Below are positions 52,850 to 64,000 of a DNA stretch of 64,000 nt, piece after piece. The translations under genes and the position numbers were made by a program. Source of the DNA: Callorhinchus milii (lineage: Eukaryota); contig NW_024704743.1 in the NCBI RefSeq assembly GCF_018977255.1, positions 8,434,001 through 8,498,000 on the forward strand, read 5' to 3'. The notes under the pieces were generated by a model. That model saw only the letters and a program-made list of their open reading frames with translations. It did not search any database and was not told the origin of the DNA. Each line of letters starts with the position of its first letter. Position 1 is the stretch's first letter.

Positions 52850-52982
52850 AGTTTCCAAAAAGGATTAAGGGATATGGGGATAAGGCGAGTAGGTAGAGTT
52901 AGAATAGATCAGCCATGATCTTAGTGAATGGCGGGGCAGGCTCGAGGGGCCGAATGGCCTACTCCTAATTCTTATGTTCTTA
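52850..52982 (+). mobile_element. CR1 3' tail
   Basis: agatcagccatgatctt...gaatggcggggcaggctcgaggggccgaatggcctactcct...ttcttatgttctt. Confidence 0.8.
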
Positions 52983-53040
52983 ATTTGAAGTTTTTTAAAA
53001 CAAGAACAATTCCCTATAGAATACGTTTCCACATTATTAC

Positions 53041-53189
53041 CTTTTCTCTACAATCTCCAGTGTAAGATGTAGTAACTCCCGTTTGCTCTTCTCTCTTCTT
53101 TTGATCATTTCTAAGATAGTAACAGCTCGACTCAGATCCCGTCTCAATTTCAGCATCTTTTCATACGAGGCCTCATCGTTTTTACGATT
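53041..53189 (-). CDS. EPC1: EPC1 exon 5 (149 nt)
   Basis: ctccag|AAT CGT AAA...AAA AG|gtaata; NRKNDEASYEKMLKLRRDLSRAVTILEMIKRREKSKRELLHLTLEIVEKR. Confidence 0.97.
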
Positions 53190-53569
53190 CTGGAGCGATA
53201 AAGTAAAGAAAAGCTCAATATCCCTTCTCCCAAATGTTTCATATAACAGTGAAAAAAACCTTCTCATCATCACCATCAATTTGACAACCTAAACAAATGG
53301 GAATGAATAACTGTCTTACATTATGCAATCATTAGGGTAAAAGAATACAAATGATTCACTATAATTAATTTACTATAAGTTAATTCTATAAACACTATGC
53401 TTAACATTTAAATATTGCTATTCAGTCAAACATACATTTATTTATGGTTAAGCTGCAGAAAGCTGATATTAATATGCAGAACCGAAGGAAATATACAAGC
53501 TGTTCAATAATCCATTGTGCATTTCATTAAAATAGTTTGGGAGTGGATTAAATCATTTTGAGGTTCAAT

Positions 53570-53918
53570 TATCTTAGTTGGCAAGAATGGTGCGGTTCAT
53601 TTCTCGGTGAGATTCATTTGAACCCCTCTCCTCCTTCTGATAACATTAAAACAGAGGTCCTGTCTGCCTGTTTAGGTGGACATTAAAGATCCCATGGCAC
53701 TACTTGGAAAGCGATGGAAGTTTCTCCTGGTATTCTGGCCAACAATTTTCCAAGTAAAATTGGTCATTCGTTTCATGGAAGTTTGTGGGACATTGCTTTG
53801 CACAATGGGCTGCTACATTTGCCTATAAATACAGTCACTCCACTTCAGTGAATCCTGTGAACTGCTTCGGAAGATCCTCCTGATGTGAAAGGCACTTTAC
53901 CAAGATGCAAGGATTAAT
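53570..53918 (+). mobile_element. Older DeuSINE copy
   Basis: acattaaaacagaggtcc...taaagatcccatggcac...tttgtgggacattgc...tail. Confidence 0.7.
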
Positions 53919-54215
53919 GAAAAGGGAGCCATCAAACAGAAAATATTTTAAAAATGTTCTTTCTCCACGCCAAGAAATTGAATAAAGCCCATTCAACTAC
54001 TGTTCAAAACTGTACTTGTATTACAGGTTGGATGTCAAGTAACTTACGTATCTAAAATAAACACCTGTTAAAGTGAATACACCTTCGTCCACTACATCAA
54101 GCAGCAGATTCCACTTCTGCTGGTTTCTTTGATATCTTTATGCAGGTGAAACTGGATTGAAAAGCTTTCAAATAACTGCTTACACAGCTTAAAACAGTCA
54201 ACGTATTAATCCATG

Positions 54216-54350
54216 TTCTAACAGGTCATAGATCTGAAACGTTAACTCATTTTCCTCTCTCCATGGGTGCTGCCTGACCTGCTGTGTGTTCCCAGCGACT
54301 TCTGTGTTTATACCAGATTCCCAGCATCTACAGTACTTTGCCTTTTGTTT
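54216..54350 (+). mobile_element. Penelope-like terminal fragment
   Basis: ctgaaacgttaac...ctctctccatgggtgctgcctgacctgctg...cagattcccagcatctacagta resembles an abundant chondrichthyan repeat end (recalled). Confidence 0.55.
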
Positions 54351-54386
54351 ATTAATCCTTGCATTTAATACAGTTTCTACAACCTT

Positions 54387-54599
54387 AATAATAATAATAA
54401 TAATAATTCTTGCATTTGATATAGCGCTTTTCACGTCGGGAGGACGTCCCAAAGCGCTTCACAGAACACACTGTAAAGTGAATTGACTGTATATTTGTGG
54501 GCGAACGCGGCAGCCAATTGCGCACAGCAATGTCCCACAAACAGTCGTAGATTGAAAATGACCAATTTATTATTGTTTTTGGTGGGATTATTATTAGGC
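54387..54599 (-). mobile_element. Young SINE 3' part, fused to an inverted L2 fragment (see findings)
   Basis: Identical to the 60347 copy over about 158 nt. Confidence 0.9.
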
Positions 54600-54914
54600 T
54601 GTCTCTCATCCTCACCTACAAGGCCATTCACGGCCTTGCTCCCTCCTACCTCTCCGACCTACTATCCCCCTACCTACTTGCCCATACCCTCCGTTCCTCT
54701 GGCTCCTTGAAATGTCAAAGTGCTTAAAAAGGAAATCAAGTGTAGTGACTGTTTATAGGCAAATGCGATAGCTAATCTGCATTTAGCAAGACACCACAAA
54801 CAGTGAAAATGTGAATGACCAATTTATCTGGAGTATTTTTTAGTCAGGACACCAGAGGAAACTCCCTTCCCTTTTGGAATAGCATCATAGGACCTAGTTG
54901 AAGCGATTAACCCC

Positions 54915-55086
54915 TCCTTAGCCTCCTTCAAGTCTCACCTCAAGACCTTCCTCTTTGACCATGCCATCGGCCACCCCCCTTCCCCTCCCGACTCCAGCTC
55001 GGGTCTGAAATGCTGTACAATGTCCAGCGCCTTTGGACGTCCTTCCGACGTGAATGGCGCTATACAAATGTAATCTTGTTGTTGTT
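54915..55086 (+). mobile_element. L2 3' end
   Basis: tccttcaagtctcacctcaagaccttcctctttgac...ggcgctatacaaatgtaatcttgttgttgtt. Confidence 0.8.
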
Positions 55087-55235
55087 ATAAAATGGTTATA
55101 TTCCACAAGACTATATGTAGGTAACATTATCAGATTAACTATGCATGAACATCTATTGACAAAAAATGTTGGAATTTTTTTATTGAAAGCAAGCTGAAGA
55201 TTATATTTAGCATTCAAATTTGGAATTGCACAAAC

Positions 55236-55442
55236 CTTTCTCGTCTGCATCTTCTCTGTTCGTCTCCGGAAGGCAACATAAGGATCGTTGGTACTGGAGC
55301 CATCCCGCTTTTCCTGTTTTACAGTTGGAATAAGGGAACAGCCTCTGCAGTTTTTCCTTTTCCGAATCCAATACTCGTAGACTTCCCGAATCAGATCATC
55401 ATCCTCTTTCAACAGCAGTTTTGCCTCCTGAAGAGTTACTAG
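55236..55442 (-). CDS. EPC1: EPC1 exon 4 (207 nt)
   Basis: ttgatag|CTA GTA ACT...AGA AAG|gtttgt; LVTLQEAKLLLKEDDDLIREVYEYWIRKRK...DPYVAFRRRTEKMQTRK. Confidence 0.97.
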
Positions 55443-55806
55443 CTATCAACACAATTAAAATTCCTGTTAAAATGTAAACCAAACTTAAATCTCAATTTTT
55501 TGCTCAAGATGTATTCTAAAGCATGCCAACACACCCCAACCCACTCCATATACATAATACCATTAGCTCGGTTTTCGTTGCAGAATGTTTGTCACCATAT
55601 ATTGCTCTCTAAATAAGGCAGACAGCACGGCACAACTACAATCAGTACTATAATCCAGTAAAACCAAAGATTGATAGCTGTAGTAACTTCTCTATGCCCA
55701 GAAAAATATAATTATTTGCTTAGTTTTAACTTGATTCTTGCATGGTACATTTTTTTAAAAAAATTGACAGAACTGTTCTTGGTCAGAAAAATATCACTGT
55801 TCATAC

Positions 55807-55952
55807 CTGTTGGCCACTGCCCTTTTCTAGACGGTCAATCATCTCCTCAAATTGTAGAGGTGTGATGTCCATCTTCTTTCTTAGTTTATTCACAAACACT
55901 TCATCATCTGAGTCCATATCATAGTCTGGCTGCTCAGCGTCTAAACTAAAAG
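55807..55952 (-). CDS. EPC1: EPC1 exon 3 (146 nt)
   Basis: ctcccag|CT TTT AGT...CAA CAG|gtatga; PFSLDAEQPDYDMDSDDEVFVNKLRKKMDITPLQFEEMIDRLEKGSGQQ. Confidence 0.97.
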
Positions 55953-57511
55953 CTGGGAGAAAAAGACAGATGGTGAGAAACAGGCACTTATCCTGGGAAA
56001 TCAATACAAGTCAGTGCATATTGCTAATATGGGAGAAAATTCTGATGGTTCCTCATAATGTTTACCTCAAAAGAAGTCCAGAAAGTAAGAAAAAAAATCA
56101 ATTCAGATCAAAATCCAACAGTTTCATTGGTGCTGTGAAATTTATTAAGCACTAACCTAAAATAATATTAAGCGTGTTCTCGCGAAGTGTAATTGGTGCT
56201 CAATATAGGAAAAAACTCTACCCAATCTACATTTACTTATCTGATTACCAACTAACAGATTTGTAATCATCGTATTGTTTAATAGCTCAAAATGCCTTCC
56301 CACATACAGTTTTGAAGGATTAATAAAAACTAAATGCATACATCTAGTTTCTTTTTCACTCATTATGTAGATACATCGTAAAGTTTCACATCATTACACT
56401 TTACTGAAATTTAGTGATAACACTGTTTACTTATTAAATTTTCTGAGTCTTTGCATAATGTTTATTATTAATACACTTTAAATTTCAGACAACTTAACCC
56501 AGAAACATTAATCATTGTTGCATTTGATATAGCGCCTCATCAAGTCGTCAAAACAACTCCATTTATAAGTGAGATTTCATAACCAGAGCTAAGCACATCT
56601 TTTTAATGTTGTTTATGGCTATGTGGTCAATTTTACATGTGGACCAATTTCAATAAATATAACACAGCAGCTGTGTGTGCGCTTGGAGCTCATATAAAGG
56701 GTTGAGGAAAGCAATCTCAGGAAGTACCATTTCTGTATTAATACTGTGTAGCTGATTTTTTTAAAAACGAGAAATAACTGCAACACAACTGTAATTGTAT
56801 TATGTAAGCTTTCTTCACTCTTAAGCAAAAAAACTAATAAAATGATTTTGAATTTTATCATATTCGCACATAATCAAAACCACAAGAACTCGCTCATTGC
56901 CAAATTATTCAAAGGCTGTTTTCCACTCGGGGACTGTTTGTTCCTATCCTTTTATTTTTACCAAATCGCAGGGTACAATTCAATTTTACAAATCAGTGGA
57001 GTGACATGATTAATGCTGTTAACGTTAAAGCAGGTCAACATTAGTCTTCGCACAGCCTTCAACACGTGCAGTTGAAAGATCTATACTCAACTATATAACT
57101 TGAGCAAGATTTTATGGATGCCAAGGAAGTGAATTTATCTAATGACAATAAAACTAAGAAATTAAACCAAAACAGAAATGTAAGCACATGCTGTCAGAAT
57201 GAAAGTATAACTCTCATTGCAGAAATGTACTTATATAATGTTTGCTTCTAAATATAGAATTTCTAACCCCAAAAAACCAAAGGGTAATTACTATCAGTGC
57301 TACAATGGCAGTGCTCATGCAGCAGTATGGATCAAGGAGTTATTTTTTTGATGGGGCAGGGAGAAGAAAAGGTAGAGGGAAGAAAGAAGATATGGCCGGT
57401 CATACCCGCACAACACATCTGTTGTAATGTGAACATTGTTGGGAGAGATTTGATGCCACCACTAACAATGAGAACAATTTGCACTTAATTATCCAATATA
57501 GTTCATTCCCT

Positions 57512-58912
57512 AAAAGCAACTTGCACTTATATAGTGACCTTCAAGTGGGGTAGCGTCCCGGAGCGCTTCACAGTGGCAGAGTCTGGGGGAGAGAAAGGTG
57601 ACCACAAGCAGGATCAAAAAGGCCTTTAGGCGGAATTTGAAGGTGGGCAGGGAGGGGGCAAGGTGGAGGGATTGAGGGAGAGAGTTCCAGAGCGTAGTAG
57701 CTGAAGCTATGGCCACCGACGGTGGAACCGGGGACACGAGAGACAAATAGGAGGTCGGAGCCAGGCTGAGCGGAGGCAGCGGGTAGTAGAGTGGGGGTTA
57801 AGTAGGTCGGATAGGTAGGGAGGTGCGAGGGAATTAAGTGATTTGAAAACGAGTGAGAGCGTCTTGAAATCAATCCATTCAGTGACAGAGAGCCAGTGGA
57901 AGCTGGCAAGGACTGGTGTGATGGGAGTATGGAGTTTCGTGTAGGTGAGTATTATCTGGGTGAGTATTATCTGGGTATCTGAGTTTTGAATTAATTGGAT
58001 TTTGTGTATGGTGGAACTGGGGAGACCAGCAAGAAGGGCATTGGAATAGTCCAGCTGGAAAGTGACAGGGACATGGACAGCTCAAACAGCTTACAGCTGC
58101 ATCAGTTGTGAGGTACGGATGGAGGTGTGCAATGTGTCAGGCGTGGGAAAAAAAGTGGTCCTGGTCAGGGAACGGATGTGTGGTAGAAAGGAAAGCTGGG
58201 GACCGAACCGGATGCCTAAGTTGCGCAAGGGTTCAGAGAGTCTGAGGGAAAGGTTGAGAAGTTCAGAACCGCAAAGTACATTTGTGTGTCATCCGCATAC
58301 ATGTCTAAGTTGACCAATGTCTACAGATGACACCTGGGGCATATAGATGAGGAAAAGAAAGAGGCCAAGGATGGAGCCCTGGGGAACACGGCAGATGACC
58401 AGGCGGAGGTGAGAGGAAAGCCCATTGGCCGAGATGAAAAGTTGGTGGTTGGTTAAGTAGGACTTGAACCATGTGAGTGCGGTCCCACTAAGGTGGATGA
58501 GGGAGAGGCGGTAGAAGAGGATGGTATGGTTGACTGTCTCGAACGCAGCGAAGAGGTCCAGGAGGACGAAGAGGCAGAGGGAGCCCTGGTCAGAGAGAGA
58601 GAGAGATTACATCATTTGTTATTTTGACAAGCGCTGTCTCTGTGCTGTGGTCTGGGCATAAACTGGACTGGAGGGGTTCAAGTAGGGAGTGGAGGGTGAA
58701 GTGTGAGCAAAGTTGGTTTGCAACAATGCGTTCCAGGGCTTTGGCAAAGTAGGGCAGGTTTGAAATGGGACAGCGGTGTGTGAGGTTGAAGGGTTCAAGA
58801 GTAGTTTCTTTTAAAGGAAGGGAGTAATGACAGCTGTTCTGAATGGAAGTCTGAGGAAAAGAACTGATTTATGGTATCTGCCAAAGTGGGTAAAGGAAGG
58901 GAAGTTGAGCAG
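57512..58912 (-). mobile_element. Degenerate L2 (RT region to 3' tail) in EPC1 intron 2
   Basis: G-rich plus strand; reverse complement aligns by eye to the L2 from about 14450 to 15899 (PISNLP, FDTV.H, VPQGSILG segments). Confidence 0.85.
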
Positions 58913-58913
58913 A

Positions 58914-59224
58914 TAATAATAATAATCCTTGCATTTGATATAGCCTTTTTCACGTCTTCTAGACATCTCAAAGCGCTTCACAGAATAGACTGTAAAGTGA
59001 ATTGACTGCATAATTGTGGGCGAAATACAGCAGCCAATTGCATACAGCAGTGTCCCACAAACAGTCATGGATTGAAGTGACCAATTTATTATTTTTTTCT
59101 CTTGAGGGATTATTATTAGGCGTGTGGAGTAAGAAAACTTGCCCAAGGTTTCATCCTGCCAGGAACCGAACCCAGGTCTCTCGCTTGCAAAGTGAGTGCT
59201 GTAACCACTGAGCTACAGGACTCC
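58914..59224 (-). mobile_element. Full-length SINE, same family (short variant)
   Basis: Head ggagtcctgtagctcagtgg, box B gggttcggttcc, core, (TTA)n tail. Confidence 0.9.
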
Positions 59225-60104
59225 ACGTGAGTGGGGAGGGGGTTCGAGGCAGCAGATAGTGGGTTATAACTGCTGTACATCACTGTATTGAGGGTGGACT
59301 TCTTAAAATCAAATATGTACAAAGTAACAAACTAGTCTATTTAAAATAAGAACAATCTTTGAGCATATGTGAAATGCAATTCAAATAATCTGGCCATCTT
59401 TGTTCCAGCTCTTGCTCCGCTTTCTAGGAAAGCAAGGTTCTCCTTATGCCAAAGAGGCATAGGGAGAACCCTGCTTTACCCACTTCAACAATTTGTTTAT
59501 TAAAAAAAACTTGGCACTGACAGCAATCACAGATTTGTGCTTGGCAAAATATACTATGTGCTTTGGAGCACCCCTTTTTGGAAGAGAACTCCTGGGTAAA
59601 ATAGTGAAGTCATTAGTCAAATGTGAAACATGCTGTGTGGCAATATACAGTTTATGAAAAAACATCTGCTGTTAAAATACCTAATAAGGCCCTCAACCAA
59701 GAAATCTGTACAGGAAATAACTTGGGATTGCAGATATCAAACTGTATCCCAATTCAATTTGAATCATAGTTCCCCTTGGCTTCCCAGTCTTCAGACATTA
59801 TCTCTTCTCCCTGCTACTTTCCAATCTGACAGCTGCAAAATGCTTATATGAGTCACCACAGTAACTGACAGTGATTGGATTTCAACCCATTCCTCAAAAG
59901 AATTGGAAACCAATACACAATCATTAGGCCACAAGACCACACCCCATTCCTTGACACTCAAGAGTATAAACTAGCTGCCAAGCTTTTCTTTGTTTCATTC
60001 TCAGTGGTGTCATAAACTGTAAGAGTCAGTATCATTCATTATCAAATCGCCAATGACTAAGATATTGTTAATTGTCACACATGCAAATAAGTTTTCAGTA
60101 TACA

Positions 60105-60345
60105 ACACTATTTATAATTATATTGCACTCCTTTCATGCCAGGAAGACATCCCAAAGTGCTCGAGAATTCTGGCTGGGCACTGGAGCTGAGGGATATGAA
60201 GAAGGGAAAGATGACTGAAAACTTGCTCAACGGAGGTATATTTTGAGACGTACCTTGAAAGAGGGGAGAGAGGGAGAAAGTTGCATAGACCTGGGAATGG
60301 AGTTCCAGGGAGCAGGCACCATGTAGTTGAATGCCTGTCTGCCGA
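60105..60345 (-). mobile_element. Old L2 3' end, interrupted by a young SINE
   Basis: Reverse-complement L2 tail and ctgggaatggagttccag motif shared with 1484-1500. Confidence 0.65.
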
Positions 60346-60346
60346 A

Positions 60347-60690
60347 TGATAATAATAATAATAATAATAATAATCCTTGCATTTGATATAGCGCTTTTCA
60401 CGTCGGGAGGACGTCCCAAAGCGCTTCACAGAACACACTGTAAAGTGAATTGACTGTATATTTGTGGGCGAACGCGGCAGCCAATTGCGCACAGCAATGT
60501 CCCACAAACAGTCGTAGATTGAAAATGACCAATTTTTTTTTTTTTTTTATTATTGTTTTTGGTTTTGGAGGGATTATTATTAGGCGTGTGGAGTAAGGAA
60601 ACTTGCCCAAGGTTTCGCCCTCTGCCTGGAATTGAACTCAGGTCTCTCACTTGCAAAGCGAGTGCTCTAACCACTGAGCTACAGGACTCC
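60347..60690 (-). mobile_element. Full-length young SINE (short variant)
   Basis: Intact box A/B, anticodon-like arm ctcgc-tttgcaa-gtgag, CpG-intact core, long (TTA)n tail. Confidence 0.92.
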
Positions 60691-62790
60691 ACATTTGATG
60701 ATGGGGCTGATAAGAGTCAGTAATGTGAAATATGTCAATGTCGGATGAATGAAGATAAATTTCAACAGGCAATGGGAACAGTTAATAGGTAGGGGTTCTC
60801 AAAATATATCAATGAGACTTCTTGCACCAAACGGAACTCTCAATAGCAAAATGACCAACATGTAACATGCAAGCAAACATTTGCAATTGGCTCCTAATCA
60901 GCCGATTTTGTGCAGATCTTATACAATTGTCTTTAGCATGTGCCAACATGGCTAAAATGTGCACTTGATACCCATCTATAATGTCTTTGTACCAATGTTA
61001 TGATTATTGGATAACTCCCTCAAGGAGAGGAGCATTCATGTCAGGACAGTATTCTTACTGGACTTGCCAGAATTTGAATCACCACTGAATTTGCAGTTAA
61101 GAAGCTGTAGAATAATTTAGCAAAACTTGCTCTGTGTTTAAGAGTAAAAATAGATTTAGTTCAGCAGCTAAATGGTTTTATTAAAACCAAATCCCCAAAA
61201 TAGTGTTTAGGATTCATCATGAGTATATACACAAAAGTATGTTGGTGCTGAATCATCCAGAACAGTTAAGAGTATGTTCAGTGCTCATCGCAGCCAGAGC
61301 AAACTGCAGAATGCTACAGTTAACCTCTGTGTCCCAGAGATTTTTTTTGAGGGTGGAGAAAAATAAAGAGGGAGACAGGAAGGTTTCTCATTTCATGATG
61401 CTAGTCAGTGATCGATGTTAGAAAGTGCATGTCTCCTGATCTTGGATAATCCTTGCATTTGATGCAGTACCGTTAACCTCAGGAGGATGTTTCAAAGCAA
61501 TTCACAGGAGGTCTCGCATTTCTCCTCCTTTGGTCAAATAGACCAATACTAAATGTTTGTATGTGGAGAATTGTTGCTTCGACAAACCAATGAGAATTTA
61601 GGAACAAAAAGCTAATTGTGCTTATCAAACCAACTCCAGCACAGAACATTCTATACTGTTACTACCTACTATTACCTCTCCTAATCTCACTTTCCTCTCT
61701 TTTCACCACATATTCAAACAAGCCAAAGTTACACCATCGAGCTTTAATTAGCCCTAGTGTTAAACATTATTATACAAGTGAAATGCTACTCTGTAGTTAT
61801 CTTTATTTAGTGGTTGCTCAATGGTTGGGGCCAAAGCTCATATTTGACTTAACAGATTACAGCATTGGAATGGATACTGTCTTTCATCTTTTTTTTGTCA
61901 AGCAACAACAACATATCTTCCATTTATATAGCATCCTTCATGCAGGTGGCATCACAGAGCATTTAACAGTGCCTTGGCTTGATGCACAGCCGCCAATTGT
62001 AGAGCGGAGAGGACGAGGGACATGCAATAGACCCATGCCACATAAGTAAAGGTAGAGTAAAATTGGAGCAAATCGGATAGGTAGGGAGGTGCCATGGCAT
62101 GAAGAGATTTAAAAGTAATGAGCATCTTGAAATACACTAAGTTTATTTAGTGGTACTGTGCTATTTATGTTGCTTCATGTTTTATGGGTGAGGGGGGGTG
62201 GGGGGGGGTGGAGAAGTGCAGCAAAAAGTTTGGGAACCCCTCACTTAGATTCCTTTCATAATCTTAAACACTAACTAATTCTCTTAAACTTCTTGAGGCA
62301 CAGAAAGTACATCCAACGCCACCCCAGCTTTTCACTTTAATTTAGCCTGCTGCCTCACCCTTCTAGCCTTGTAAATTCACCCTGCACATTCTCCAAAGTC
62401 AATATGGCATGCCCATGTTGAGTCGCTGAAATCTAAACACTCACATCATCTTTCCAATGAATTTTCACTATTAATGGTACTTAATATATAATACAAATTT
62501 ACATAGCACATTTCAAGTCAGGAGGATATCAATTGCTATGAAACCATTAACTTGATTAACCGCGCTCTGTAACTGCAACCAGTATTTAGAATTTTAGTGG
62601 ACATCAATGACACAAGGAAAGGATAAAGGGAGAACAATGGAAAGCATTCAGTTTGCCAGATATGAGCTTTCTATTTACCTTAACTTAGAAGTCCTGTATA
62701 CGTGCACTTCATAATAATAATCCTTGCATTTGGTATAGAGCGTTATGTCGGAATGACGTCTCAAGATTTACGGTTCAGTTTGGTACTTAC

Positions 62791-62950
62791 GCTGGATGTG
62801 AATAAGCTGCTTTGGCATCTTGAACTCTCCACTATAGACTGATTCATAGTAGGCAATGTTACTCTCCGCCTCTGGGACAGGAATAACCATATTATCCCGC
62901 TTCTCTCCATAAACCTGCTGTGCTGAAATTGCCCTCTGAAGATGGTGTTC
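62791..62950 (-). CDS. EPC1: EPC1 coding exon 2 (160 nt); exon 1 lies outside the window
   Basis: cttcag|GAA CAC CAT...ATC CAG C|gtaagt; encodes EHHLQRAISAQQVYGEKRDNMVIPVPEAESNIAYYESVYSGEFKMPKQLIHIQ (EPcA domain). Not shown in this frame by the ORF track. Confidence 0.97.
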
Positions 62951-64000
62951 CTGAAGAAGTTAAAGACTTTATTAAAATGCATTCATGTGCAGTTAGAAAA
63001 CAGTACTTGCATAATTCTTAGCAACTTAAAAAACACAATAGCTTTCATCAACATTAAATTAATTACGTGGTAAAAATTTAATGGCCAAAACAAAGTATTC
63101 ATTTAACAAATCAAACATTATTGGAGACCATTTCAAAATTGCGAACACAACTCAGTGTTTGAAGTTGTTAAAAGCTTGAATTTACCAAGGTAGGTACTGC
63201 TAAAAGTTTGAAAGTACCAGCAAATGAAGCACAATACCAAGGAGATACAATACTAAGTTAATTTAGAAATGACTATTTTAAACTATCCTAGATCATGGAT
63301 AGACAATGCCCTTAAGTATCACTGCATCATGATTATCACCTGAATAATTGAGAAAAAGGTTTAGATGTAACAGTGTTCAATATTTCCAAATATCCCAGAC
63401 AATAGTACTGCTAACATTTCAAAAAGTAAGAAGGGTAACCAAAGATGATAAGTTAGTTCAGTAGTTTACTTTCTTTAAAACCACAGACTTAATAGATAAT
63501 ACATTTCCCTAAAGAGTAAATAAGTTGCGCAGTGAATCAACAGAAATTCATACAATAAACCTCACTAAAATGAATATTGTTCAGTGCCAAGTACCTAAAA
63601 GGGAGAAAGTACTTTGTCCTAAAGTTCTCTCCATAGTTCTGCTATTTCAGATGGAGATAAAGACAGTACTTTTGATACAGAAAGTACTTTCCCTAAAGTT
63701 CAGTTGTCTGAACTCCGCAAGACCTAAAGCAAATATTTAAACACAAACCACAAGCAATACCGGAAGACCTCAAAAAACAAGCAACTTAAACAAACCTTAC
63801 ATAACATGGAAGATACACAGACACAACATAAGCACAGCAACAGTCAGAAATGAAAACGACACAACAAAAATCCAGCTGTCTGGGTATTTCATTACATAAA
63901 CCACTGCATAACTTGCAATTTATAATACTTATCATTAACATACGCAGTCTCTAATAAAATGCAGACTAATTTCTAATTCAATAATTATTGTAAAGTGGGG

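Noticed and set aside
57406..57461. Possible 56-nt frameshifting cryptic exon in EPC1 intron 2
   Set aside because: Only moderate splice sites and no other supporting signal; within chance expectation for a 6.8-kb intron.
57945..57974. 15-bp tandem duplication gtgagtattatctgg x2
   Set aside because: Lies inside a decayed L2; ordinary slippage or repair scar.
25471..62950. Assignment as EPC2
   Set aside because: The low-complexity C-terminal exons (YKGLHL, NARHIPRTL, AANCQV.KVP, EKPALN) match recalled EPC1, not EPC2.
1..64000. Prokaryotic-type systems (CRISPR arrays, operons, defence islands)
   Set aside because: Spliced vertebrate gene and retroposons throughout; no regularly spaced repeat-spacer array seen.

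Overview
Vertebrate genomic DNA, most likely a cartilaginous fish (inferred from the repeat content: tRNA-derived Deu-type SINEs, C-rich L2 LINEs, CR1 tails, a Penelope-like end). The right 40 kb holds the minus-strand gene EPC1 (enhancer of polycomb homolog 1, NuA4/TIP60 subunit). Thirteen coding exons were mapped by hand from 62950 down to the stop at 25471. All have GT-AG boundaries and consistent phases, and total 2298 nt (765 codons plus stop). The first coding exon lies beyond the window end. The left 23 kb has no recognisable host gene; it contains a 2.5-kb decayed L2, many SINE/CR1 fragments, a long palindrome, an unclassified repeat family and possible conserved non-coding blocks. The most interesting signals are three stop-containing cryptic exons in EPC1 introns (candidate unproductive-splicing control), nearby RNA-structure candidates, and a SINE/L2 chimeric insertion. 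All findings are hypotheses from manual reading; repeat boundaries are approximate and family names are from memory, not from a search.
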